Virus record (IMG/VR): IMGVR_UViG_3300021425_000024
Reading direction: 5' to 3' (one strand)
Length of the DNA: 64,000 nt
Source of the DNA: an uncultured virus (IMG/VR IMGVR_UViG_3300021425_000024)
Lineage: Duplodnaviria > Heunggongvirae > Uroviricota > Caudoviricetes
Shown here piece after piece: positions 27,818 through 40,200 of this stretch (its first letter is position 1; every line of letters begins with the position of its first letter). The notes beneath the pieces were generated by a model. That model made no database searches. It had not been told where the DNA came from and was given only the letters and a program-made list of their open reading frames with translations. A program made the translations under genes and the position numbers.

Positions 27818-30210
27818 TGGCACAAAGTAGAAGATCTAATCGTAAAAATTTAGAAAATATGGGCTCAGGCCCATATGAAGCCATTGTGGTTAGTAACCTT
27901 GATACTACTTACATGGGGTCATTAAAAGTTGACGTTTTAAAATCTAGCACAGCAGGTAGTGTGCCAGAACGTTTGGGCACATCAATTGAAGTTAGATATC
28001 TTTCACCATTTTACGGTGTTACAAATATTAACCATGCTACAGCAAATGACGGTTATGCAAGTTCACAAAAAAGTTATGGCATGTGGTTTGTACCGCCAGA
28101 TGTAGGTGCAAGAGTATTGGTTATTTTTGCAGAAGGCGATGTATCACAGGGTTTTTGGATAGGTTGTATTCAAGACAAGTTTATGAACTTTATGATTCCT
28201 GATGGTAGAGCGTCTACAGAACTTACAACACCTGCAACACCAGACAACATACAAGGTTTAAAATTACCTGTTGCAGAATACAACAAAAGAGTTGAAAGCG
28301 GTAACGGCAGAGATCAAACTAGATATGCAAAACCATACAACAAAGATTTTACACAAACACTAGAAATACAAGGTCTAATTAGAGACGAAAATAGAGGAAC
28401 AACGTCATCAAGTGCTAGACGTGAAGTACCTAGTTCTGTGTTTGGTATTAGTACACCAGGACCAATAGATAAACGCATAGGTGCACCAAAAGGATTAGTT
28501 GGTGAGTCAGGATTAAAACATGCTAAGTTTGTTAACAGACTAGGCGGTTCAAGTCTTGTTATGGACGACGGTGATGACAAAATATTAAGAGTTTCACATG
28601 CATCAGCAGGACCTCCTGTGTATGCAAATATAGAAGCAGGCGAACTTTTTGGTAATACTACTATTCCGCATAACGAATTAACACGAATACGAACACGTAC
28701 AGGCCATCAAATATTGATGCATAATTCGGAAGATTTTGTTTACATTGCTAATAGTAGAGGAACAGCATGGGTTGAACTTACTAGTGACGGTAAAATTGAT
28801 GTTTATGGAACTGACAGCATTTCAATACACAGTGACTCAGACATAAACTTAACAGCAGATAGAGATGTTAACATTGAAGGTGGTCGAAATGTTAATGTTA
28901 GAGCAAGTGCTAGATTTGACGGATTTGAAGGAAGTGGTACTGGTAACGTTTGTATTGAAAGTGCAACTGATACTAAAATGTTAGCAGAAGCAAACTTCTT
29001 AACAAATGTTAAAGGATATCAAGAAACTAAAGTTACAGGATATCAAAAAACTTTAGTTGAAGGTGATATACACCATCATACAAATGCTAACATATATATT
29101 TTAGCAGACCTACAAGGACATATTCGAACAGCAGAAGATATGTTTATTAATACTGATACAACACTTAATATTGTAGGTAAAGAAAATTATCTCACAGCAA
29201 CAGAAGGCGCTATTAACATAAAAGCCACAGGCGGTAATATTGAAGTTGACGGTGACACTGATGTAAACTTAAACAGTGGTACGTCAACAGACGGCACAGT
29301 GGCAACAGATGCTGAAGACGCCGTAGACTTTACATATTTGCCAAAATGGTCAGTACCAAAAACATCACCAGGTACAGACTTACCGTCAGACATAAGCACT
29401 TTTGTAAAAAGAATGCCAAGTCATGAACCGTATGCACACCATGAAAATTTAGATCCTATTATGTATAAATCTACTAAGACAGATATATTTGATCCAACTA
29501 GATTGTCAAATGGTAGTTTACAAAGTAGTCCAGACACATTTAGAAAAAGTTTCTCAGGCGGCACAGCAGAAGACTCAGCAAGTGCTTCAGGTCCAACACC
29601 AGGCACAAGCGGAGTAAATCCAGTAACTTCAACAGGTAACGACAGAACACCGCAACAAAGATTTACAACAGTAGGACCTGATGGTAACATATTAGATATA
29701 ATTGGTCAAGCAGAAGGTGCAGGATACAATACAGTATTCAACGGCGTTTCAACTACACCAAGGCAATATTTTGGTAAAGACTTAGTAAACTTAACAATTG
29801 ATGAAGTTATTGAGTGGCAAGAATTTGCTATTGGAGAAGGCAGTGCTAGTGTTGCTGCAGGAAAGTATCAAATAATCAATAAAACACTAGTGCGTTTAGT
29901 AGACGAGCTTGGCGCAGCATCTAGAACAGATAAGTTTAATCAAATAACACAAGACAAGTTGTGTAGAAAACTTCTACAAATTAGGGGAATTGATGATTAC
30001 TTGGCAGGCTCTAAATCAGAGCAAGCATTTTGTAGATCACTAGCACAAGAATGGGCAAGTTTGCCAGTTACATATAGACAGACAGGACAGCGAAGAACTG
30101 TTACAGCAGGGGAAAGTTACTATGCTGGAGACGGCTTAAACAAGTCAAGAATATCCCCAGAAGATCTAGTTGCTTCTGTTAGAAACATAAAAGAAACTGG
30201 TTATACATAG
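27817..30210 (+). CDS. gp5: Baseplate central spike (gp5-like OB fold + beta-helix) with C-terminal lambda-R-like lytic transglycosylase
   Basis: YGMWFVPPDVGARVLVIF..GFWIGC (OB fold), RTRTGHQI; C-terminal IGQAEG..YN..AAGKYQI..QD..LAQEWASLP. Confidence 0.8.
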   Translation: MAQSRRSNRKNLENMGSGPYEAIVVSNLDTTYMGSLKVDVLKSSTAGSVPERLGTSIEVRYLSPFYGVTNINHATANDGYASSQKSYGMWFVPPDVGARVLVIFAEGDVSQGFWIGCIQDKFMNFMIPDGRASTELTTPATPDNIQGLKLPVAEYNKRVESGNGRDQTRYAKPYNKDFTQTLEIQGLIRDENRGTTSSSARREVPSSVFGISTPGPIDKRIGAPKGLVGESGLKHAKFVNRLGGSSLVMDDGDDKILRVSHASAGPPVYANIEAGELFGNTTIPHNELTRIRTRTGHQILMHNSEDFVYIANSRGTAWVELTSDGKIDVYGTDSISIHSDSDINLTADRDVNIEGGRNVNVRASARFDGFEGSGTGNVCIESATDTKMLAEANFLTNVKGYQETKVTGYQKTLVEGDIHHHTNANIYILADLQGHIRTAEDMFINTDTTLNIVGKENYLTATEGAINIKATGGNIEVDGDTDVNLNSGTSTDGTVATDAEDAVDFTYLPKWSVPKTSPGTDLPSDISTFVKRMPSHEPYAHHENLDPIMYKSTKTDIFDPTRLSNGSLQSSPDTFRKSFSGGTAEDSASASGPTPGTSGVNPVTSTGNDRTPQQRFTTVGPDGNILDIIGQAEGAGYNTVFNGVSTTPRQYFGKDLVNLTIDEVIEWQEFAIGEGSASVAAGKYQIINKTLVRLVDELGAASRTDKFNQITQDKLCRKLLQIRGIDDYLAGSKSEQAFCRSLAQEWASLPVTYRQTGQRRTVTAGESYYAGDGLNKSRISPEDLVASVRNIKETGYT

Positions 30211-30226
30211 AGGGTAAATATACATA

Positions 30227-30673
30227 ATGAGTACTTTAGAAAAAAATATTTACAAAAGGGTTAGCATAGGCAATACTAAAGAACCTAGTAAGCCTGCTTC
30301 TAGTGCGTCTTATAGATCAATAAGCACAGTTAATCCTGCAAACGATGGGTATAGACTTTATGATCTTGCTGTAATTAAGCAAGATATTATTAACCATTTC
30401 CATATTAGACAAGGTGAAAAACTTGAAAACCCTGAATTTGGTACAATTATTTGGGACGTATTATTTGATCCACTAACAGACCAACTAAAAAGTGCTATCA
30501 TAGAAAATGTAGAAGCCATTATTAATTATGATCCTCGTGTTGTTGTTGATAATGTTATTGTTGATACTTATGAAAGCGGCATACAAATTGAATGTACTCT
30601 AATATATTTGAACTACAGCATTGCTGAAGCCATGACATTACAATTTGATAGAGATGCTGGCTTACTTGCATAA
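30227..30673 (+). CDS. gp25: Baseplate wedge subunit (gp25-like)
   Basis: IRQGEKLENPEFGT..LFDP..YDPRV motif. Confidence 0.88.
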   Translation: MSTLEKNIYKRVSIGNTKEPSKPASSASYRSISTVNPANDGYRLYDLAVIKQDIINHFHIRQGEKLENPEFGTIIWDVLFDPLTDQLKSAIIENVEAIINYDPRVVVDNVIVDTYESGIQIECTLIYLNYSIAEAMTLQFDRDAGLLA

Positions 30674-30728
30674 AGAATTAACTACGTACATTACACTTTA
30701 TAATAAATACGTTATATGAGGAAATTAG

Positions 30729-33700
30729 ATGTCAGCTACGGATAGACAAAACAGATTATTAGTTGCAGAAGATTGGAAAAAAGTATACCAATCTTTCCGC
30801 AACGCAGACTTTCAAAGTTATGACTTTGATAATTTAAGACGAACAATGATAGAATACCTTAGGACTAACTATCCTGAGGACTTCAACGATTATATTGAGT
30901 CAAGCGAATATCTTGCACTAATTGACCTAGTTGCATTTCTTGGACAAAATTTATCATTTAGAATCGATCTTAATGCAAGAGAAAATTTCCTCGAACTTGC
31001 AGAAAGACGTGAATCTGTACTAAGACTAGCAAGACTACTAAATTACAATCCTCGTAGAAATCAATCTGCAAATGGCTTATTAAAGTTTACAGCGGTTAGT
31101 ACAACAGAAGATTTATTAGACTCAAATGGTACAAACTTATCAGGGCAAACTATTCAATGGAATGATAGCACAAATGCTAACTGGTATGAACAATTTATTA
31201 AAGTACTTAATACAGCACTACCTGTAAATGGTGTGTTTGGTAAGCCAAACAAAAGTGAAACAGTATCAGGTATATCTACAGACCAATACAGACTTAACGG
31301 TGTAAACACAGATGTTCCTGTTTATGCATTTGAAAAGCCTGTTGAAGGTAAAACTACACCATTTGAAATTGTGTCTACTGATATCCAAAATGGAAGTTTA
31401 ATAGAAGAAGCACCTGTTCCAGGAAATAACTTTGCGTTTATGTATAGAAATGATACACAAGGTCCTGGCAGTAGTAACACAGGATTTTTTGCACACTTCC
31501 GCCAAGGTAGATTAGAAAGCGGCCAGTTTAATGTAGCACAACCTACACCAAATTCAACAGTGTCTATTGACACACCGAATATAAATGATTCAGACGTATG
31601 GTTATTTTCACTTGATGGTAATAACAATGAATCTGATTTATGGACAAAACTTGATGCTGTAGAAGGTAATAATGTAATTTACAACAGCATCAATAAAAAG
31701 ATAAGAAACATTTATAGTGTACTAACAAGAGTTGACGACAGAATTAATTTAGTTTTCTCAGATGGTGTTTTTGGTAATTTACCAAAAGGCAACTTTAAAG
31801 CATACTATAGAACAAGTGAAAATAGAAACATGGTTATTACACCAAGTGCTATAAACAATGTTGCTATTAATCTACGTTACCTAAGTAAAAAAGGTAGAGT
31901 TCAAACTCTTACTATTACAATGGGACTACAAACAACTGTAGCAAACAGTGCAAGAAGCGAAAGCAATTTAAGTATAAAACAAAATGCTCCAGCAACTTAC
32001 TATACTCAAAACAGAATGGTTACAGGTGAAGATTATAATGTTGCACCTTTAGGAGTTAGTCAAGAAATTGTAAAAGTAAAAAGTGTAAACAGAACATCAA
32101 GTGGTATTTCAAGATACTTTGATTTAATTGATTCAACAGGAAAATATAGTAATACAAACCTATACGGTAATGACGGTGTTTTATATAAAGAGTATGTAAC
32201 TAACAGATCAAGTTTTAATTTTACTACACAAACAGATATTGAAGGTATCATAATTAACAACATTGAGCCTATTTTAGCAGACCAAAAAGTTAAGCATTAT
32301 TACTTAGATAAATTTCCAAAAATTAATACATTTGATTTAAACGTGTTTTGGAATGTAGTTAGTGAAGACACAAATACATTTACAGGTAACTTCCAATCAG
32401 CAGATGGAACTGGGTACAATGTTGGTACATTTACAACAAACAGTTTAAAATATATTGAAGCAGGCACAGCGGTTAAATTCCAAGCACCTGAAGGCTTCCA
32501 CTTTATGGAAGATGGGTCTCTTATGGCAGGCCCAGCAGATCATGCAGGTAGCTCGTTATACAAATGGACAAAAGTTGTAGCAGTTGCAGGCAACGGTCTA
32601 ACTGTAGGCTTGTCAGATACACAAGGTGCTATTGCATTAGCAGACAAAATACCAAACCTATGCAGACTTATACAAGTTCGTCCAAAACTAGCAAGCAGTC
32701 TTATAGACGATGTAAAAGTAGAAATTATTGATCAAACTTTTGCATACAATGACTTTGGTTTGCGTTACGATGATGTAAACAGAGTATGGAGATTAATTAA
32801 AGCAAGCGACCTAGACAAGAAAAGTAATTTCAGCACAGGTTTTGCAGGAAACGTAAGCAACGGAAATCTTGATGCAAGTTGGTTATTACTATTTGAAACA
32901 AATGGCGAAACTTACAAAGTAACATACAGAGGTTTAAGATATGTATTTGAAAGTGACAAAGAAATTAAATTCTACTATGATAGTGGTGATAAAATTTATG
33001 ATTCACAAACTGGCAAAACAATCAAAGACAAGTTAAGCATTTTAAGTATCAATACACAACCTGATAGCACATCTCCATTTACAGGTAATTTTGATTTTGA
33101 TATTTTAGAGTCTTATAGAGATAAAGAAGGTTATGTAGATACTAAAAAAATAGAAATAACTTTTGCTGACAAAGACGCAGATGGTATTATTGACGATCCT
33201 GAACTATTTTTACATATTGTTGACGAAGACACGGCACCGTTAACAAAACTTATTATACACGAAAAGTATTTTACAGAAGCAGGTGTTGAAGACTTTAGAT
33301 ATATAGATGCTACTAACATACAAATTTTAGAATCTCAAACAACAGTCCAACCGTTAAGCACATACACAGACGGCCAACTATTTTATTTTAGAGATGCAGA
33401 CGTGTTTAAAAAATTAAATGGAACAACACTGGAATTAGAAACTAACAGTGATTACAAAGCGTTTGTTGGTAGAGATAAATTAAAGTTTCATTATGTGCAT
33501 GTTGCAGATACTAACAACAGAATAGATCCAAGTGCAAGCAATATAATTGACACATATATGCTTACAAAAACTTATGACAGAAATTATAGACTTTTCTTAG
33601 ATGGACAACTTTCACAAAGACCGCTACCACCAAGTTCAGATGAATTATTTAGATCTTATGGTGCAGAGTTAAACAAGATTAAATCTATTAGTGATGAAGT

Positions 33701-34232
33701 TGTTTACCATCCTGTAAAGTATAAAGAATTATTTGGTAGTGCTGCAAAATCAGATTTACAAGCAACATTTAAATTAGTAAAAAATCCAGGTATTGTATTA
33801 AACGATAATGATATCAAAACAAGATGTATAGAAGCAATTAATCAATATTTTGCGTTAGAGAATTGGGATTTTGGCGATACTTTTTACTTCCAAGAACTAG
33901 CAACATATATTATGAATAGACTTGCACCCGACTTAGTTAGTGTTGTAATTGTTCCAAACCAAATTACACAAGGGTTTGGTAGTTTATTTGAAGTAAGAAG
34001 CGAAGTTGATGAAATTTTTATTAACAGTGCAACGGTTGCAGATATTGAAATAATAGATCAAATTACTGCAACTAGATTAAATGCATCAGGTAATGTTGTT
34101 ACATCAAGTGAAACAGCAAATACTGGCATAACAAGTTCGTCTTCATTCACCAATGCAAGCTCAAGTAGCTCAAGTAGCTCAAGTAGCTCAAGCGGTTCAA
34201 GCGGTTCAAATAGTGGAGGTAGTTACTACTAA
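30729..34232 (+). CDS. gp6: Baseplate wedge subunit (gp6-like)
   Basis: [48 protein letters not shown] motifs; Ser-rich C-terminal tail. Confidence 0.85.
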   Translation: MSATDRQNRLLVAEDWKKVYQSFRNADFQSYDFDNLRRTMIEYLRTNYPEDFNDYIESSEYLALIDLVAFLGQNLSFRIDLNARENFLELAERRESVLRLARLLNYNPRRNQSANGLLKFTAVSTTEDLLDSNGTNLSGQTIQWNDSTNANWYEQFIKVLNTALPVNGVFGKPNKSETVSGISTDQYRLNGVNTDVPVYAFEKPVEGKTTPFEIVSTDIQNGSLIEEAPVPGNNFAFMYRNDTQGPGSSNTGFFAHFRQGRLESGQFNVAQPTPNSTVSIDTPNINDSDVWLFSLDGNNNESDLWTKLDAVEGNNVIYNSINKKIRNIYSVLTRVDDRINLVFSDGVFGNLPKGNFKAYYRTSENRNMVITPSAINNVAINLRYLSKKGRVQTLTITMGLQTTVANSARSESNLSIKQNAPATYYTQNRMVTGEDYNVAPLGVSQEIVKVKSVNRTSSGISRYFDLIDSTGKYSNTNLYGNDGVLYKEYVTNRSSFNFTTQTDIEGIIINNIEPILADQKVKHYYLDKFPKINTFDLNVFWNVVSEDTNTFTGNFQSADGTGYNVGTFTTNSLKYIEAGTAVKFQAPEGFHFMEDGSLMAGPADHAGSSLYKWTKVVAVAGNGLTVGLSDTQGAIALADKIPNLCRLIQVRPKLASSLIDDVKVEIIDQTFAYNDFGLRYDDVNRVWRLIKASDLDKKSNFSTGFAGNVSNGNLDASWLLLFETNGETYKVTYRGLRYVFESDKEIKFYYDSGDKIYDSQTGKTIKDKLSILSINTQPDSTSPFTGNFDFDILESYRDKEGYVDTKKIEITFADKDADGIIDDPELFLHIVDEDTAPLTKLIIHEKYFTEAGVEDFRYIDATNIQILESQTTVQPLSTYTDGQLFYFRDADVFKKLNGTTLELETNSDYKAFVGRDKLKFHYVHVADTNNRIDPSASNIIDTYMLTKTYDRNYRLFLDGQLSQRPLPPSSDELFRSYGAELNKIKSISDEVVYHPVKYKELFGSAAKSDLQATFKLVKNPGIVLNDNDIKTRCIEAINQYFALENWDFGDTFYFQELATYIMNRLAPDLVSVVIVPNQITQGFGSLFEVRSEVDEIFINSATVADIEIIDQITATRLNASGNVVTSSETANTGITSSSSFTNASSSSSSSSSSSSGSSGSNSGGSYY

Positions 34233-37200
34233 TGTCTTACGATAATGATCAGACAGACGCACCTTTGCCAGCAGGCGGAAAAGGCGATAGAAAGAGTGTT
34301 GATTTACTTCCTAAGTATTTTAGAACACAAGCAAATAAGAAAATACTTTCTAGTACAATAGATCAACTTGTACAACCTGGCACGGCAGAAAAAATAAATG
34401 GTTACATGGGTCGTAAAAATGCAAAAGCATTTAAGGCCGGTGACACATATATTGCTGACGTTACACAACAAAGACAAGATAGACAATTAGAACCTGCTAC
34501 AGTATCAGTTGACGATCTAGGAAATGTAAACTTTTTTGCAGATTACGCCGACTATGTTAACCAAGTTGGAAATTTCTCAGGCAACAACAAAAATCAAAGC
34601 AGATTAAATAGCCAAGAATATTATGCATGGAACCCCAATATAGACTGGGACAAGTTTACAAACTTTCGTGAATATTATTGGTTACCAAATGGTCCTCAAA
34701 CTGTTTCAGTATTTGGAAAAAGTTTAGAAGAAGTAAGCACCTATACAGTTACTACAGAAGACCAAGGCGACAACGTAGTATACAAATTTTCACCTCCGGG
34801 TTTTGAACCAAATCCTGCACTTACTTTGTATAGAGGACAAACATATACATTTGAAATAGATACACCAGGACATCCGTTTTCATTCTCAACTGATAGACGC
34901 TTTGCAGATGCACCGTTTACACTTGAAAAGCAAGATGATGGCAGTTATAAAGTTATATCAGGTAGTGCAGAAAATGTATCAAGTCTTTATGTACAAGGAC
35001 TTACAGCAACGGATTTAGAAGGCAATGAAATTGATCCTGTAAATGTTGAAAAAGGTAGAATAACATTTACTGTTCCGTTTGAAGCACCTGAACAATTATA
35101 TTATACTAGCAGAAGCGACATTAACACAAGTGGTTATGTTAAAGTTTTTGATATTATCGAAAATACACAAATTGATGTTAATGAAATTATTGGTAAGAAA
35201 ACATATACAAGTTCAAACAAAGTACAATTTACTAATGGCTTAAAAGTTAAATTTGCTGGCAGAGTAACTCCAGAAAAATATGCTAGTGATGAATGGTATG
35301 TTGAAGGCGTTGGTAGTAGCATCAAACTAGTTAGAGAACAAGATTTAGTCATACCTGCAAATTACGTTGGCGACAAATTAGTTCCATTTGATAGCGAAGG
35401 CTTTGACAGATTGCCGTTTGGTAATGCAAGTGCGTTTGCAGGAACAAAAGATTATATTGTTATTAATAGATCAAGTGTTGACAGGAATGCTTGGACACGT
35501 TATAACAAATGGTTTCATAAAGATGTAATTGAAAAATCTGCAGAGTACAACAATGAAATAGCAAGTATTGACCAGAGTGGTAGAGCGTCAAGACCAATTA
35601 TTGAATTTAATGCAGGATTAAAATTATTTAATTATGGTACTCAAGCAAAAGATGATGTAGACTTAATTGATTATAAAACTACTGATGCATTTAGTACAGT
35701 AGAAGGCGGCACAGGTTATAGTATTGATAATGTAAATCTTGCTGATGGCATGCGTGTCATTTTTAATGCTGATACTGATAGAACTGTAAGAGGTAAAATT
35801 TACAAAGTTAAATTTATTCTAATTGATAATATTAGACAAATTAGTTTAGTAGAAGACACTGATGCTACAGCACAAGTAAACGAAACAGTATTAATTAAAA
35901 GCGGTGACACATATAAAGGTAGATTGTTCTATTTTGATGGTACTAACTGGAATGAGTCACAGCGAAAAATAAAAGTTAATCAGCAACCATTGTTTGACGT
36001 ATTTGACGAAAACGATGATAGTTTTGGTACTTATAATGCAAGCACATTTGCCGGCACAGAATTATTTGCATATACACAAGGTACAGGCACAAATGATGCC
36101 GAACTAGGATTTCCACTATCATACAGAGCTATTGAAAACTTTGGTGATATACAATTTAATTTTCCGTTAGTAACTGATTCGTTTTTATATGAAGAAAATA
36201 ATTCAAATATAGAAGTTAAAATTGAAACTGGTTATGTTAGAAAGTATACAGACTTAACATCATATGTAAGTGAAAACGGTTGGATAAAAGCAAACAAGCC
36301 AAGCTCACAAGCAATAGTAAGACAATATGTAGTAGATACTACTTTAAATGATTTTGCTGTAGATGTATTTGATCGTAGTGGCGACTTAAATGATCTAATT
36401 GTAAAAGTTTATGTAAACAATAGTTTTAAGAAAGAGTCAACACATTACGATATTAATAGAATAAATGGTGTTGCTTATATAACATTTAAAACTAATTTAA
36501 AAACAGACGATGTTGTATTACTACGATGCTTTAGTAAATCAACAAAAACAGACAAAGGTTATTACGAATTAGCATATAATTTAGAACGCAATCCTATGAA
36601 TGAAAACATAGGCAATTTTACTATTGGTGAAGTTACAGATCATGTAAGCACAATAATTGAAAATACTTTTGATTATGATGGTAATAAATTTCCAGGCGTT
36701 AGTAATTTAAGAGATATTGGTAACCTAAGTCAATTTGGCACACGTTTTATAAAACATACAGGACCTATTGCACTTGCAAGTTATCACCTCACAGATAAAA
36801 ATGCAAATATTGTAAAAGCACTAAAGTATGCTAGATTAGAATATGCAAAATATAAAAGATTATTTTTGCAAGTAGCAGACTCTTTAGGATATGATGGTCC
36901 AACTAAAGAACATGTAGATAATATTATTGCAGAAATAAACAGTCAAAAGACCGACGGAATGCCGTTTTATTTCTCAGACATGATTCCACATGGAGCATCT
37001 AAGCGTACATTGCATATTGTAAGAGCAAGCGATAGTATTTTTTACCCGCTTGCTACAAAGTTTGATTTGTCAACTCTAAGTGAACGAGCTGTATTAGTAT
37101 ACCTAAATGATAAAGCATTGTGTCACGGTACAGATTACACATTTACAGCAGAAGGATTTGTACAAATATCTGCAACACTTGCTGTTGATGATGAAATAGA

Positions 37201-40200
37201 AATATATGAGTATGACACAACTGATGGTTGTTTTGTTCCAACTACACCAACAAAGTTAGGATTATATCCCGCTTACAAACCTGAGCTGTATTTAGACACA
37301 ACACAAGAAACACCTCGTAATGTAATTCAAGGACATGACGGAAGTATTATTTTTGCCTATGGCGATTATCGTGATGATCTAATATTAGATTTTGAAAGAA
37401 GAATTTATAACAACCTAAAACAAGCCTATAACACAGATGTATTTGATATACACGAATTTGTAGGCGGCAACTTTAGAGATACAGGATTTGAAAGACAAGA
37501 TATTAATAGTGCAATGGTAAGTGACTTTGTACAATGGTCAATAATTGCAGGCGATCCAAATTATACAGAAAATGATTTTTGGAAAGATACACAAACATTT
37601 AGATACAATTATAAAAATATGTCATCTCCAACAGGCAAACCTTTGCCAGGGTTTTGGAGAGGTGTATACAAAGATGCGTACGATACTGATCGTCCTCATA
37701 CTCATCCTTGGGAAATGCTTGGCTTTACTATTAAACCATCATGGTGGGAAGCAGAATATGGTCCAGCACCGTATACTAGAAATAACTTTGTACTTTGGGA
37801 AGATATTGAAAAAGGTCTAATTAAAGAGCCGGGTAAACCAGCAAAAGTTGATAATAGATATAAGCGTCCAGGATTAACAAATCATATTCCTGTAGACGAA
37901 AACGGAAATTTATTAAGTCCGTTAGACAGCAACTATGCACAAAACTTTGTTGCTGTAAGAACAAGAGATTCGTATACATTTGGAGATCATACTCCTACCG
38001 AAAGTGCGTGGAGAAGAAGTAGCGAATATCCATTTGCATTAATTACAAGTTGGTTGTTAAATCAACCAGCAAAAGTAATGGGGACAGGTTTTGACTTATC
38101 AAGAATGATGAGAAACAAAACAGGTAATCTTGTTTATACTCCGTCTAATACAATTATTAGATTAAAAGATTTAGTATTTCCAAATACCTATACAGACAAC
38201 CAACGTATTATTACAAGTGGTCTTGTTAACTTTGTATACAACTACATAGTCAGTGATATAAACACTAGTTATAATGAGTACCAAGCAGAATTAAAAACTT
38301 TAAAGAATCAACTAGCACTTAAAGTTGGTGGCTTTACTGACAAGAGTAAATTTAAATTAATACTAGATAGCAGAACACCTTTAAATGAAGGAAACGTATT
38401 TGTACCAGAAGAAAACTATAAACTGTTTTTAAATACGTCTACACCAGTAGAAATTGCAAATTATAGCGGTGTTGTTATACAGAAAAATACCAACGGTTAT
38501 GTTATAAAAGGATACGATCAAGCAACAGCAACATTTAAATATTTTGAACCTATCCAAGCATCGTCAGATCCTGTAATAAACATAGGTGGCATTTCAGAGT
38601 CGTTTGTAAATTGGGATAGCGGAAAACAATATGTCAAAGGACAAAATGTTCGCTTTGATAATTTTTACTACAGAGTAAATTCAAGCCATGTAAGTGGGTC
38701 AAGTTTTGATGACACTAAAATGAGTAAGTTAGCAGAGCTTCCGCTTGTAGGCGGTAGATCAAATGTACTTAGAAGAAAGTTTACAAATCGTGTTAACATA
38801 ATGCCTTACGGAACACTATTAAAAACTACACAAGAAGTTGTAGATTTCTTATTAGGTTATGAAGCATACTTAAAAGCACAAGGCTTTAAGTTTGAATATT
38901 ACAACAAAGATATAAGTGTTGTTGAAGATTGGACATTTAGTGTAAAAGAATTTATGTTCTGGACTACACAAAATTGGGCGGCCGGTAGTGTACTAACAAT
39001 AAGCCCAGGCGCACAACAATTTAAGTTTAACAGACAATACATGGTTGTTGATAATATCTTTGATAATTTCTATGATTACAGTTTGTTAAAAGCAGATGGA
39101 CAAAAATTAGAAAGATCATTTAGTAGTATTGCTAGAGATACAGAAAATGATTTTGGCCTAAGTATTAAAAATACAGCAGATGGTATTTACAGTGTTAAAC
39201 TTCCGTTAGTACAAAGAGAACATGTAATATTATTAGATAACAAAACTGTATTTGGCGATGTTGTATATGACCAAGAAGCAGGATACAGACAAGAAAGAAT
39301 TAAAGTTACTGGATATAGAAGTGACAATTGGTCCGGCGGATTAAACATACCGGGCTTTATATACGACGAAGCAGAAGTAAGAGATTGGCAACCATACAAA
39401 GATTATGGCATTGGCAAACTGATTAAGCATAAAGAGTTTTACTATGTTGCATTGTCTAATATAACTGGCACAGAAGTCTTTATTGACTCACAATGGGAAC
39501 GTTTAGAAAATCGTCCTCAAGCACAATTAGTTCCAAACTTTGAATACAAAATTAATCAGTTTGCAGACTTCTATGATTTAGATACAGACAATTTTGATCT
39601 TGAACAACAAAAGCATGCACAGCATTTAATTGGATATCAAAAACGCAAGTATTTAGAAAACATTATAAATGATGATGTAAGTCAGTACAAATTCTATCAA
39701 GGAATGTTACAAGACAAAGGTACAAAAAATAGTTTGGTAAAACTGTTTGATGCTCTTGCAAGTGCTGATAAAGAAAGTTTAGAGTTTTACGAAGAATGGG
39801 CAATTAGAGTTGGACAGTACGGTGCCACTGAAAACTTTGAAGATGTTGAATTTTTAATTGACGAAAAGAAAATTAAAACTAATCCACAGCCGATAGAGCT
39901 TGTAACTAATTTACCTGCTAACGACACCGACACTATTTATAAACTCACCCCAGCAGACGTATATAAAAGACCTCAAAACTACGATCATAAACCATTTCCA
40001 ACTGTAATAGATTACAAACAGTTTACTAAAGACGCTGGATTTGTGTTTGATTCTGATGTTGCATATAGAATTAATGACAAGACAGACATACTTACAGCAA
40101 ACATTAATGTTATAGGCGCAAAAGATTATGTATGGGTAACAGGTGATAGTCAGCCATGGGATGTCCTACAGCACGTAACTACTAACATTAGAGTAACTGA

